From the NCBI GenBank assembly GCA_905178155.1, contig CAJINV010000034.1:1-64000 (forward strand): a stretch of 64,000 bases of DNA, given 5' to 3'. Numbering within the stretch: the first letter of the stretch is position 1; the number at the start of each line of letters is the position of its first letter. Shown in pieces: positions 12,801 to 27,800 of this stretch. The DNA comes from Amoebophrya sp. A120. Lineage: Eukaryota > Protista > Dinoflagellata. The translations under genes were made by a program, and so were the position numbers. Below the pieces are notes generated by a model. That model had not been told where the DNA came from and ran no database searches. It was given only the letters and a program-made list of their open reading frames with translations.

Positions 12801-15800
12801 GACACTTACACTCCGGGTACGACGTACAAAAACGGGATCGTCACGTACATGAAGAACAGCTCGATTCCGGCGTTGGGTATGGACAGCTGCGGGAAAAATG
12901 TGCAGCCGTGGCTGCAGGCGATGCCAACTGCGGATGAAGTTCTCTTATCCGACGAGAAGTTTAAAGTGGAGCATTCTCTCCACGGCTTCGCGTCCTCCAA
13001 CATCTCGGATTACGACGGGATCGAATCCTTAACCGAGGACGCGTTCTACAGCTGCGCCGCGTCCGATTTTTCCGGCGACTGGTCCACTTCCGCGAGTGTG
13101 AACCCGGGGACTACACCTGAAGCTGCGGATATCAACCGCAAAAGTATCGTACTCGTGCGGTTTGCAGATATGCATGACAAATCTGCTTCCCAAGGGAAAT
13201 CCGCATGACAAACTCCATTCTTCAAGCTGAGAAAATTTGTAATGCAATTTGTACCAGTACGTTACTTTTGCAATGCATAGCGGAGCTGCAGAAACAATCC
13301 GTCTCCTACGGGTTGGAAACAAGGGAAGTTTTGGTCGACGGAACTCTTGAGTCGTACGATTTGGAGCGGGATGTGACTTTAGCGGATGACTTCGGAACTT
13401 TAGCCTCGTTCTACAGTCCCACGATCAACAAGACGATTATCGAGATAGAACAGCAACTATGAGGGTGCACAACTCCGCCCCCTCTGCCGCATTTGTCGTG
13501 CAAAAGTACCAAATCCTGTCTGAGCCTTTAAGCCACGTTTGCATGGCAAGTTCTGAAAGTCCACACTGCACTTTTTTCCGGGCTTAAGTTTCAGTTTGTC
13601 ATGCAAGCCCTGCATTTTTAAGAGAGTTTCTGTTGCTACAAATGCACCGCACATGAAGGGCTGGGGAACTGTGCACTTTCATAATAGTCAACGCTGTATG
13701 GTGGCGCAATGAAAATGCAGGGGAACAGCTCGTTTTCCTTGGAGACGAGTGTGAAGAGGGGAAATATATCGCAAGAAAAAACTGTTTCACTGTAAACTTG
13801 TGATGCATAGAACGGAACGCAAATGTGTTTGTCTTGCTACACATGCAAGACATTGGATTTTTAGCTGTGTTTTCCCTTAGGAAGCACGCATGCCAAGTTT
13901 TCTTTGTCATGTGTAACAAACTTGTGATGCAGATCTTGCAAAATCATCACAGTGAAACAGTTTTTTCTTGCGATAAAATACTGGCCAAAATAATGCAGGG
14001 ACGGCGGGGGCAGCTTCATTGCGGGAGCTCCAAGGCGGTATAGTTGGTGGAGTCGTGGACTACAGCGCAAGCCAACAGGCGGGAGGTATGTCAAGTTCTA
14101 CAGCGACAGGTTCCGCGCCGAACCCGCTTATGAAGCACAATCCGACCCACACAATTTTCGGTCCGGATCCGAAATGTCCGATTCAGTCGCAGCCCTGCTA
14201 CTGCGACGACAGCTGCATGCACGTGCGGTACCGGGATTGCTGTGTGAAGCCGTTTGGACAGGCGGAGACCTGTTGGAAACGGGAGGAGCTCGCTGGGTGT
14301 GACTGGCATTGGTTTGTGGACGAAAGGTTCCCGCACTGTATGGAAGAGGAAAAGAACTTTGTGTTTGTTTTGCATTTACGGGAGCCGGTTTCATTTTTCA
14401 TGCGCCAATAAAAATGTACACCAAAGGTAATAGAGTAAAGATGTATTGAAACACGAGCGAAATCTCCGCCTTCCCCATTCAAAAGCCCCAGCAGCCAGCC
14501 AAGGCTTGCGAGGGGGGAAGGCACGTAGTCCGGCCGTGTTTCGTTTTGCTCTGCAACGGCGTTTGCCGTTCAGCAGCTTTGGGACATGCAATCTTTTTGC
14601 GTGAGTCATTTTTGAAACACGAGCGGAATCTCCGCCTTCCCCTTTCCAAAGCCCCAGCAGCCAGCCAAGGCTTGCGAGGGGGGAAGGCACGTAGTCCGGC
14701 CGTGTTTCGTTTTGCTCTGCAACGGCGTTTGCTGTTCAGCAGCTTTGGGACATGCAATCTTTTTGCGTGAGTGACTTTTGAAACACGAGCGAAGTCTCCG
14801 CTTTCCGCCTTCATCCAAAGCCCTAGAAGCCGAGCAAGGCCTGCGAGGGGGGAAGGCACGTAGTCCGGCTGTGTTTCGTTTTGGATGGTCGCGGGAAATT
14901 TTTGCTCTCCGCTGATTTTACGCAAGACCAATCAGCATAATTTCTAAAAATAAAGTTGCCTTATTTCACCTTCCATACCCCGCATCCGCGAGTTCCATGA
15001 CAATCCAGACTTCATCAACAGCAACCACAGACAAACTTGCTGGATCGAGTCGCCGATCGATGATAAAAACATCTGGCTCTACATATCCTGTACAAAAACG
15101 CTTCCATACCAGATTCAAGATGGGAAATCTGCTATACAAATCAGCCAGCTTTGTTTGTTTCGCATGACAAGTTTGGCCTCGCAGTGTCATCCTGTTGAGC
15201 TAGCGCAGCAGCATCACAGATCTAGCATATCATGCTGCTTCTAGCATCGCAAATTCCAAAACTCGACTAGAAAACGCCTCTCCTGGGGCTTCGCATGAGA
15301 AACCTTTTTGGCATGCGGATTTGCATGAGAGCTCTGGAGTGGGGACGCTTTTACAAACGATACTACAATGTCGAGAACGTCGTTGACGAAAACCAAAACT
15401 GTGCCCAAGCAATCGACGGTCGGATGTGCTTATGAACTGCAAAAGTATCGTAGTAGTATGGATTGCATTACAAATTTCCTCAGTATGCGAAATGAAATTT
15501 GTGATGCTGAAAGACGCTAGGAAAAAGATTTGTAATGCATAGCCGCAATTACTACGAATGCGGTACTTTTGCAGTGCATAGTGCTTATCAACTTTGGAAA
15601 AAATGTACACGATCTTCCGCTGCAACAGTTTGAATCTAGGTGGTTTGGCTGTCTATCAAACGCAAATATGTCTGGGTCTGGAAGAGTGCAGATGTTTGCC
15701 ATGCTGTTTCTGCATGACACAGAAGGCCTGTCATGGAAGCCCTAGCATCACAGAACTGCTCGAGAAGCTTCCGCATTGCGTGATCCGCATGACAAATCCC

Positions 15801-18800
15801 GTCCCGCTTTGGTGACAGAAAGCGCACCTCTTTTGCTGCCTATGCATGAGAGATTTGTCTGTGTTGTGAAATGCGCATCACAAGTTCGCACTCTTCCACA
15901 GGACCCAGAGAGTTTTGCAGTTGATACTGTCTGCTACAACGACATCTTCCCCAGGGATCTGATCGCGGCGGGGGTGCAAGAGCCACTCGATGATATGGAT
16001 TGCAAAAGTGTCTGGGTCGGGAAACTTGTGATGCTGACTGGCAAATCATACATGAGGACGCCACAAGTGACGGCTCAGCATGACAAGTTTCTGAATTTTT
16101 GCTACGTGTTGTCTATTCAGCATGACAGACAAGTTGCGTTTTTGCATGACAGAAAATTGGAGCTTTTGGGTAACGCGCATGACAAACTTCCGCGCTTCCA
16201 GACCCAGACATATTTGCACTTGATAGATGATCTCTACGGCTTGTACAGGGAACAAAAGTATCCTGTGCAAAAGTATCGTACTCGCATTGCAGTCATGCAT
16301 TACAAATCATCTTCTTAAGGCAAATCAGCATTACAAATTTTATTTCTCATGCTGAGGAAATTTGTAATGCATTTATACGAGTGCGATACTTTTGCAATGC
16401 ATAAAAAGGTCAATGTCGAAACGCAAATCCTGGAGCTCCAGAGCTGGGGCATCGACAACAGAATCGAGTTGCAGGACCCGTTACCCTGCCTCGCCGTTTG
16501 CTACAAGACGCCGTTAGTTCGGGGGGTGAAGAAGTGCGAGGATTATCACGATCCGGTGCAGTATTACAGATTCAACGCGACGGAGATGTTTGGGAAGGAT
16601 AATGAGAATGAATTCGACTATGATTTGTGTTTCAACAGTACTGATGAAGGGCTGACGTTTCAATACGGCCATTTGGCATCGAGACAACAGAAAGATTTGC
16701 TGGACTATTTGACAACTACCGTTTATCCGGAATGTAACGAGTATCAGCAATCTCTCGTAGTCGATCCGAACGTCACTGTTGCTATCGAAGGCAGTTTCTA
16801 CGAGTGCAACGCGGGGAATCCGGCGTTGAACCAGACGAGGATCTTCGAAGTTTTGAACGACACGATTGCGAATGATCCAATTTTACATTTCACAACTTTG
16901 AGAAATGCAAGTGTACATTTCACCGTCATCGGCCACACACACTCCGTATCAAATGCAAATATGTCATCTGGGTCTGGAAGAATGCAAGGAGGTTTGTCAT
17001 GCTTGTCTGGCATGACTCTCAAATCTGTGTTGCGTGAGCACGAAGAGGCTCTGTTGTATGTCATGCAAAAGCGCAGTTCGTCATGACATGCGGAATACGC
17101 AACACCTAGCAGCCCCCCAAACAACTTGGCTGCGTATTGCAGTGCGAATGTCATTCATTTTTAGCATTACAAGTTTCCAGACCCAGACATATTTGCAGTC
17201 CATACTCCGATTACCCAGCCGGGAAAAACTACTTGCCCACGATTGCAGAGGCTTCGAGCAGTGGAGGTGTTGCCGGTTCTTTCTCCTTCGCCGCGTTTCA
17301 GCAGCATTTAGTCGCGACTTTCGGCCCAGGATCGGAAGTTGCGGGGAACATTTCCTCTCTCCCGGAGTTGGTCGCGTTGTGGGGTAATTGCAGCGCGAAT
17401 TACGTGAGTAGGAATGTGACGACCACTTTCACGCATGCGACCACGCCTGGTTTCGGGGAAACGCAGACCTGCTACGTCAACCGGTCGTATACCTACGCTT
17501 TGCCGATTTTCGGGAATATCGCCTCGAGAAATGTTTCGGAGACGAATACTTTGTTCAACGAAAGCGGAAATTTCTCCTACGAGGAGGACAAATTCTACAC
17601 GGAATTCTTCGATCAAGTTCTCTACGGTGAGGAACAAACTGGGTATCACATTGACTGGTACGGCCCGGCTAAGGAGAAAGCGTGCGACGCTTATGAAGTG
17701 GAAAAATCACCCCTCTCCAAATCAAAACGAAACTTCTGATGCTGGATTTGGATACACAAATCAAATTTGTGTTGCAGTAGAGGAATGCACACAGATCCTG
17801 AGCCTAGGCGGGGGCCCCGTTTTGGTGTAGGCGCCTAGCATGGTAGACGGCTACCCTGTAGGCCTTACAGCATTACAAATCGCCGGCGTAGCGTGGCGGC
17901 CAGCCTGGGCGTCCCTTCTTGCAAGACAGAGCCGATCTGTGGGTACAAATCCGCATCGCAAATTTTCACAAGCATGCGTTTTCAACATGGGGAGGGGGGA
18001 TTTTTCCTTGCAATAGCGCTTTACTCTTCCCCTGCAGCTCCGATTCCACGACCTGCAACCTTCCTTTCTACTACGACTGCTGCCTGAAATCCTTCCCGTC
18101 GCAGTCCCTCCGTCCGATCTCCAAGGCGGACCAGTGGCAACCGAGATTCATGGAGAGGTTTAAAAAATGCGTGCCGGGTGAGTTAGAGCCCTGTTGGGAA
18201 CTGATTCCGATAAACACCTTCGACTACAACGAGGCGAGCAGTCTCGCCTTCGGGGACACGAGTCAAGGGCAGGTGCACTTAAGGCAGCCGACGAACCGCA
18301 CTATGGGAAGGACGACGGCTACAGTTGCTACGACAGTGAATCCGATGACGGGACAAATCGAAATCCAAACGGAATCCACCGCGTTTGACGGGTCATTATA
18401 TCCGTTTTTGACTTACGACCACCACATGTACTTCCGGAACATCTACAACGTCTCCTGTTTCGCGGGCTACTGTGTGGAGGACTTGCAAAGACAGTTCGAA
18501 CTCGAAGTCTGCCCGGAACAGTCCGAGCCGTGGTACATCGAAAACCGGAACCACTGCTTCGAAAGGCTACCGTTCAAACACTTGGACAACCAGTTCGACC
18601 GGGTTGGAAGACAGGGGGTCCGGCACATCTCCGTCCGCATTAAAACGCCGTATGAACATTTGGTCCCGTTATGGATTGCAAATACGTCTGGGTCTGGAAG
18701 GTTACAACTTGTAATGCTGTCTTTGGATTCCAAAAAAATTTGTATTGCATGACCAGCTGCAACAGCTGTCCAGGTTGTGTTACGCAGAGAGGGCATTTCT

Positions 18801-21800
18801 CATGCGGAATACGCATTAGGAGGCCCTCCAAAAATCTGTGATGCTAGAGCATGCATTACAGGCATCATCTTGGATCATGCAAGATATGCATGACAAACCT
18901 GACAGTCTTCCAGACCCAGACATGTTTGCATTTGATAGCCGTGTTGGAAAGACGATGTTGTCCGTGGCGGCTACCCGGAGTGCGTCGCCGGGACGACGTA
19001 TGCGAGCTGTTTCGAAAGTTCTGGAAGACAGCAAGATCAGGTCTGCTACGACAACTACAAAGATCACAGAAGAGTTGTTTACCACCACGTTGATTTCCGG
19101 GAATTTAAGAGGCTAAGGGGAAACTTCTCCGAGTGCCACTTCCCGACAAGTACAAAAGGGCGGTCGGTAGAATTTGCTAATTTGAATATCGACTACTTGA
19201 CCAGGAACAACTTGATCACGGGGTCGTTTCCGCACCACTCGCAAACGGTCTCCGAGTTGAGCGGCGGAAGGCAGTTCTCCACTCTAGATTATTTCCTACG
19301 AGAATTCGTCGGCTTTCGAATGAACTACTCATTGCCGCACGCCTGCTACCTAGCTCCGTTTCCAACCGCGACCTTCACAGCCGCGGAGCAGGCGGAGGCG
19401 ACGAGTGGGAACCCGCATAGTGTCCCCTCTTCCATCTCCTGGACGGATGAGACTTCCAACGGTGCTTCGACCGCGACTACTTACACCGCTGCTACGAAGT
19501 TCCCGATCGCGTTTTTTGGCGCTAATTACACCTGTTCGCCGGATGTTCGAGACTGCTACTGCGACGACGTTTGTCACGAGCATCGGTTTCGGGACTGCTG
19601 TCCGAAGTGCTGGCCGCAAGAAAAATTGGAAAATTCGTGTAGTTGGAAAATGCAGGTGGCGGAGAAATTTAGGGGTTGTGTCATGCCAAAAACGATTCAA
19701 GAGCTGTACGATGAAGTTCTCTTGATTTCAAATCGGAACAAGAACACGACGAGCTGCGGCGCTGAGCCGGAAGTCGGAATTTTCCAGTCAGCGGACCCGA
19801 ATCAGAAGATTGTCCCGACGAATTACCAGTACCCGTCGAGTGAAGTGACTGGCTTTTCCATCGCGGATTGGGCTTCGAACACCGACGCGCAGATCGCTGG
19901 GGCGACTAACCTCGTGCAGCAAGTGCAGACGGGAATTGCGGATGGGAATAGTACGAGAACGACGGTGCAGATGCAGAATTTCAATATCACAATCGCGGAG
20001 AATCTGTTTTCTGTGTTGAAAAACGCCTGCTGGTGGTCCCAGCGGGTTGCGGTTTTTGAAGTCATTCTGGACAACGTGCTGCGGGGAAATTCTTATCGAA
20101 ATGCAGAAGGGGAGGTGTAGTATCGCTAAGTTGTGCTGCGCCGAAGATTTGCATTTTTGTCATTCGGGAAAACGAAGTCAAAACGTTTGGGGCTTTTTCA
20201 GAATGCTCGTTTTTCGAGAGCGCTCATACCATCGGCGGGAGAGGGTGGCGCAGGGATTTTCGTGTTTCGGGTTCTTAATCTTGCAGAATCCCCCTGCGGA
20301 TTCGGGAAAACGAAGTCAAAACGTTTGGGGCTTTCTCAGAATTCCCGCTTTTTGAGAGCCCTCGTAGCATCGGCGGGAGATGGTGGCGTAGGGATTTTCG
20401 TGTTTCGGGTTCTTAGTCTTGCAGACCCCCCCCAGCGGATTCTGGAAAACGAAGTCAAAAAGCTTGGGGCTTTTTCAGAATTCCCGCTTTTTGAGAGCCC
20501 TCGTAGCATCGGCGGGAGATGGTGGCGTAGGGATTTTCGTGTTTCGGGTTCTTAGTCTTGCAGACCCCCCCCAGCGGATTCTGGAAAACGAAGTCAAAAA
20601 GCTTGGGGCTTTTTCAGAATTCCCGCTTTTTGAGAGCCCTCGTAGCATCGGCGGGAGATGGTGGCGTAGGGATTTTTGTGTTTCGGGTTCTTACCTTTGC
20701 AACTGTCCCCTGCGGATTCTGGAAAACGAAGGCAAAACTTTTGATTTTTTTTCAGAATTCCCGTTTTTTGAGAGCCCTCGTACCATCGGCGGGAGATGGT
20801 GGCGCAGGGATTCTCGTGCTTCGGGTTCTTACCTTTGCAACCGTCCCCTGCGGATTCTGGAAAACGAGGTCAAATCGTTTACGCTTTTGTAGAGTTCCCA
20901 TTTTCTGAGAGCACTCATACCATCGGCGGGAGATAGTTGGCTATAGGGATTTCCATGGAAAATGAAAAGGCAGAAGTGTACGTCGCGCAGTTTAGCGAAA
21001 AAAAAATCTCCCCTCCCCCACCAGCTCCATACCCTCGGCGTCTACCAGAGTCCGAACATTTTGGACATCCACTACATGACGAAAAATTTAATGAAGATCA
21101 TCCGAGGGAAAACACGGGGGATCCTCATCCCCGGCATTCACGAGGATTATCCAAATGCCGGCTTGAAAAACGACGACTTCACTTTGGAGCTGCTCGCCTA
21201 TCAACTGCAAATATGTCTGGGTCTGGAAGAATGCAAGGTTTGTCATGCGTGTTTTGCATGACCCATGATGCCTTCAACGCATGACCTAGCATCACATATT
21301 TTTAGAAGGCTTCCTGATGCCTATTCCGCATGACAAATGCCATCCCCAGGTAAAACAAACTGGACTCCTCTTGCTGGTCATGCAATACAAATGTTTTTAG
21401 ATGAATCCAAACACAAGATCAAAAGTTCCATCCTCCCAGAAGCAGACATTTTTGCATTTTATATCGCCTCCGCTATCAACGAGTACCGCCACCCCTATTA
21501 CCACGACAACGACACAAAAAAAGCGCTGGATTACGCGGTCGAAGCGGGATACCAGGTGGAGATCGTCCCGAAAAACAAAGAAAGCCAGCTGGTGAAGCAG
21601 AACTCCCTAGATCTCTGTTCCTTCGAATCAGACTTCTTCTGCTTACGGCATTTGTTAAACCTTTTTGACATTCCGCACTGCGATTTTGTGCAGAAAGTAG
21701 AAACCCGGGCTTGTTGGAAACGGGCGGATTTAGAGATGCTGTATTGGACGAGACAGGTGGATAAGGCGTACGATGGATTCATGGGCGGCTCCAGGTCGGT

Positions 21801-24800
21801 CTACAATCCAGTTGTCGACTACCGGCCGATGGGCTCTGGTAGTTACTCAAGTGTCATCGGTGCGGATGGGTTGCCAATGACGGCCATGTCCGATTTCCAC
21901 TACGCTTCTGGGACCACGGTGGAGACGAGAGAATTGCAAGTCCAGGAACACCAGCAACAGTTCAAACAGGTCGGGGAGTTGCTAACGCTATCCGAACAGC
22001 AAGCGAAGGTCGCTCCTTATATGACTTTAGGGAATGCGAGGTATACGAGGTTGGGAAACGAGAACAAGCAGGTTCTGAACAACAACTTCCAATCACCGAC
22101 CGTGAACTTGATGCAGGATTCGATCATTTTACACGCGCCGGATTTGGAAGACGGGAGTACTTCTGGGAAGTGCTCAAGCTTTATGAGAGTGCACAACTCC
22201 CCCTCCCCCTCATTTGTATAGCATGAACGGCAATACAAGCATCAACGTGAGTGCCGGTTTTGCATGACAAATTTGCACTGGAGTGTAGTGCTATTTGGGC
22301 CACCAGAACTTGTCATGCAAACAGTGCCAAGAGGCAAAGGGTGAGTTGGGTATTTTGCATGACAAATGAACGGGGAGGGGGAGTGGTGCACTGTCATAAG
22401 CTTATCCAACGTCGAGACGGACTTCTCTGCTTCCCCAGCGTACCGTCCCTACAACAGCCCGGCCACTGGTAAGCAAGTCGCCATGTCCAGTACAGGTTTA
22501 TTGTCAGAAGAGATGACAGCGACGAAATCGATGTTAGAAGACATGTCGTACTCCCAAGACTGCTGGAAAACGGATTTGCTCCGGGGGCACTACCCCTGCG
22601 ACTCGCCGATGTACTTGGAAGCTGTAGCGGACTACAACGCGGCGGTGATTGCCGCGGCGACTCTGGCTATCAAATGTAAAAATGTGTGGGTCTGGAAACT
22701 TGTGATGCTGGGTGGCGTCTCATGATGAGGCCACAAGTGCTGGCTCAGCATGACAAGTTTCTGAGCTTCTAGGTGTTGCGTATTCTGCATGGCAAACTGC
22801 GTTTCTGCATCATAAAACAATGGAGCTCTTGGGTAACGTGCATGACAGATTTAAGAGTCATGCCAGACAAGCATGACAAACATGCACTCTTCCAGACCCA
22901 GACAATTTTGCACTTGATACTGGCGGCGTCGGGGACAAACACGACTAGAAGAACGAAAACCATCGAGACGGATGTGATTTCCGGTCCGGCGTACATCGAT
23001 GAAATAGCAACCCCGCCGAGCTGCTTTGTCCACAATGACGTGTCAATCACATTGTTCAATGCGCCAAAGTATCCTGTGCAAAAGTATCGTACTCGTACTA
23101 ATTGCAATCATGCATGACAAGTCTTGTTTCTTAGCGAAATCAGCATTACAAATTCCATTTTTCGTTCTGGAAAAATTTGCATTGCGATTTATACTAGTAC
23201 GATACTTGTGCAATGCATACAAAGCAGAAGATGGACAGGATTATCGCGGAGATGGATCCGTGTAGCAACTACGTGAACGTCACGAAACGGTATGGATTGC
23301 AAAAATGTCTGGGTCTGGAAGATTGCTAGACTTGATGTCGTGCAGGTTTTCCATAACTCATGAGGTCTGGTATGTAGGACATAGCATGACAGATTCTGCA
23401 AAAGAACCTTTCCAATGCCTATCCTGCATGAGAAACTGCCGCTCAATTAGGTAAGGCAGGTCAGCCACACATAGCGCCCACTGGTTGTAGCCATGCGTAA
23501 GCAATCGATAGCGGTTTTGCAGGCGCAGCCGGGTGGTAGTTAGGAAGTGGATCGTGTCTCCACCTAGGGGTATCGGCAGAGGCTAAGTCTGTTCTAACGC
23601 CCAGGTATTGGCAGAGGCTAAATCTGTTCTAACGCCAGGAGTTAAATGGTGCTACTACTACTAATTAGGTCAAAAGTGCACAACTTTTGGCAATCATGCA
23701 ACACAGTTTTTTGCCTGATTCAGATTTAGCATGACAAGTTGCATTCTTCCAGACCCAGACATTTTTGCATTTCATAAACGAATCGACTACACAAAAACGA
23801 CGACCTCAACGATGCCGCCCTTCGTCCTGCCGAACGCTACAGCTCCTCGTTGCTGCGACCAGAATGATGATGAGTTTTTTCAGAAGTTGGTGCAGAATTG
23901 TCGATTAGTGCACAACATCGACGGCTTTTACATTTGCGCAAGACAAAATGCGCTGAACATGACAAACGTCCCCTTGAAACCGCTGGTAGACCTAAACAAC
24001 TTGACGACAGATGCAGACGACGTGTATCAAATGCAAAAATGTCTGGGTCTGGAAGATTGCCAGGTTTGTCATGCACATTTTGAATGACCCATGATGTCTG
24101 TGATGCATGCCCTAGCATCACAGATTTTTGGAACAATTTGCGATGCCTCTACCGCATGAGAAATGCCCTCTCCGCGTAGCTCAAACTGGAGTCCTCTTGC
24201 TGGTCATGCAATACAAATTTTTTTAGAATCCAGAGACAGCATTACAAGTTTAGAATCTTCCAGACCCAGACATTTTTACAATCCATAACGTGGTTGTTGG
24301 AGCGACTTTTTTCCACGACAAATACGGGTATTACGGCGGGAATAATACAAATGATCCAGTGGGGCTTGCGTTTAACCAAACTGTGAAGCTGTTTTCCCAG
24401 TTACTAGACCAGGACGGGAACGGGAATATCGACTTGGGGCCAGTTGTATGCATTGCAAAAGCATCGTACTAGTATAAATCGCAATACAAAAAATTTTCTC
24501 AGAAGGAAAAATGAAGTTTGTAATGCTGATTTGGCTAAGAAAAAAGGTTTGTCATGCATGATTGCAATTAGTACGAGTGCGATGCTTTTGCACAGGATAA
24601 GTTGGTTCTTCCATCAACGGCGCTTTGATCAAACAACTCGGCTGCAGCTTCGTTTTCACGATTAGTGAGGAGAACGATTTACAGCCAGAAACATATCTTT
24701 TCAACAGCACGAAAAACCCGAACAGAACAACTATCGGTATCCAGACGAATGACTTTTTCACGGAAGAACAATCCTGGCTGACGTTCGATTATCCGAACGT

Positions 24801-27800
24801 AACAGTAAGTGGCGGTATCGAGTACGCCTGGCGTCCGACGGGTCTGAACACGCTGTACGAGCGGGTTTTGGACGCGACCATTGAGGCCTTCTTTGCTTTT
24901 GACACGGAAGGTTTCAAGATCGGGACGCACGCAACCGGGACGGTTGTCCAGGAAACGACGAAGTTGAAACTCTATTACGAAAATGATGTAAACGCCGGCA
25001 CTTACCTCGCCCATTCCTCCGCGGTCGCAACCGCGGCGACTGTGAAGAACTATTTGACACAATTAGTGATTTTAAACAACGCGGGCTACTACGATTCTTT
25101 GAGTGACAACCAAAAGCTCACTCTCGACTACGTGCAGACCCGGCATTTTCCGACGACGTTGAATGCGAACGGGGTTACGACAAGCAGTGCATCCGGTGGA
25201 GCACCACTTATGCTCGGCAGTAGCGTGAACCTGCCTTCCACACAGTATGTCTGGGAGCAGGAGGCGGCGGCTTATTCGATCTGCCCCAGCCCGAATTTTA
25301 CGAATCTAACCGGGGTGAACATGACTTTATACGGTGGAAATTTGCTCGGGATCGGAGATGAGGACTACGATTCTAGTGCTGCAGCGGGAACTGGTAGTAC
25401 CACCAGCGCAGGAACTGCTGCTGCTGCTGCAACGACCACACAGGACATCGCTAGTCTCTTTCCGGACGGAAAAATTGTCTACGTTTACGAGTACTATTAC
25501 CCGAAATCGGATCTGTGCTACAACATCTCTATGAGCACTAGCTCAGGAACGGGGTCCAGCAGATTGCTAGCAGAGGTCAACATGATCGGGGACGAGCTGC
25601 TTGGAGTGGGAAACTACGCCGGGAACACAGGAGCAGCCAATCCTAATCCTACAGCTACCTTCGATGCGACAGCAGCATTACAAGTTGCGACTGTCGCTGT
25701 GGAGGATGGTTCTGGATTTGCAGAGGATGCAAGTTTATTCCTGCGCCGCTTAATGGGGAATGAAAACGACACGAATGGAACGAACAGCACGGACGGGGAA
25801 CTGAATGACACGAATGTGGTATGGGAGAAAAAACAAAAAGAGTTTTAGTTGTAATGTTTTCATCATCACTTTCACATGCTTCATTTTTTATGAGCCAAGA
25901 CTCAGCTCGGCTAAAGGGCTCAGGGACCTAGGATATTCTAGAAAAAGCGATCGCCTTTTTCTGGTGCCGGCGACGGTATGGTGGCTTTCGAAGTTGCTTC
26001 TTTTTTTTCTCTTTCACATTCCTCATTTTTTATGAGTCAAGCGTTAGCTCGGCTAAAGGGCTCAGGGACCTGGGATATGCTAGAAAAAGCGATCGCCTTT
26101 TTCTGGTGCCGGCGACGGTATGGCGGCTTTCGAAGTTGCTTCTTTTTTTTCTCTTTCACATTTCTCATTTTTTATGAGTCAAGAGTTAGCTCGGCTAAAG
26201 GGCTTAGGGACCTAGGATATGCTAGAAAAAGCGATCGCCTTTTTCTGGTGCCGGCGGCAGTATGGTGGCTTTCGAAGTTGCTTCTTCTTCTTTTCTTTCA
26301 TATTCCTCATTTTTTATGAGTCAAGAGTTAGCTCCGCTAAAGGGCTCAGGGACCTAGGATATGCTAGAATAAGCGAGCTTCGTTTTCTGGGGCCGGCGAC
26401 GGTATGGTGGCTTTCGAAGTTGCTTTTTCTTCGTCTCTTTCACGTGCTTCATTTTTTCGGTGCCGAGAGTTAGCTCGGCTAAAGGGGTCAGGGACCCAGG
26501 ATTTGCTAGAGAGAGCGAGCTTCGTTTTCTGGGGCCGGCGACGGTGTGGTGGCTTTCGAAGTTGCTTGTGCTTTTTTTCTTTTACATGCCCCATTTTTTC
26601 GCTGCCAAGAGTTAGGTCGGCTAAAGGGCTCAGGGACCTAGGATTTGCTAGAGAAAGCGAGCTTCGTTTTCTGGGGCCGGCGACGGTATGGTGGCTTTCG
26701 AAGTTGCTTTTTCTTTGTCTCTTTCACGTGGTTCATTTTTTCGCTGCCAAGAGCTAGGTCGGCGAAAGGGCCAAGATGTCCGGAGGTCGTGCGTCTGCAT
26801 GTCGAAGTCCAGCTGAAATAAACCAAAGCCCTTTTATTTCCCTCCTTCCATACCCCACCAACGACACGGCAACTACCCCTGCTCCGAGCCCCACTCCCGC
26901 TCCAGCCCCTGCTCCAGCACCGCAAAACGCTTCGGACGCAGCCGAAATTGACACGACAAACGTCGTCACGGCGAATATTACGATCTTCCACCGGCACGCG
27001 GTGATTGGGATCGACCCGAATCCGCTTTCCGTTGCCACCATTGCGCCGAAGTGCGCGCCGCAGTACAAGCCGTGCTACTGCGATTCGAAGTGCGAATTGG
27101 AGAAGGATTGCTGCATTAAGTGTCACGAACCGACGGACATTTCCATGCAGAACGACACGAGCATGACGAATGTAAAGGCGAAGCAGATGTGTAAAAAGTA
27201 CAGCTGGCAGAACGACTTGAAGCTGCGCTTCAAAAAATGCCCGAACTACGACAACAGCAACTTGTTTGATCATGTCTCGTTAGAAAAACGCGACCAGCAG
27301 AACTTCCTTGACTACCCCTCGAACGCCTTCAAGTCGCAAGAAACGATGATTGGCAGAGACAACCTAACTTTCTTCTACACCGGAACGCAAACCCGGATTT
27401 TCCAGGACCAAATCCCTAGCGTTATCGAGTACGATTCTTATGGGAACCGAATGAAGAAAAAGGGCGTGGATCACTACACAGGTCGTTCCATCTTGGAAGA
27501 TTTCGACGCGGCGCAGGAGCGGTTCCGGCTGGAGGAGTCAAATCGGGTGGACAAGTACGATGCAAGCTCTTTGTCGTCGAACAACGAGAAATTGAAGTAC
27601 AAGTACGAATCGAATGAAGTGATCGAACCCTGTTGGCGCGAAGAGTTCCGGGTGACGAGGGAGGGAACGCTGTATGACATCGTCTTGGACAACGTGTTGG
27701 AAGTCGACTGCGAGTACGGGTTCTGCGGGAATGACTTCGATGTGATGTATCCGTATTTGCCAAAATGCAACGCGACAAAAACCGAGGAGTACGGGTTTTG

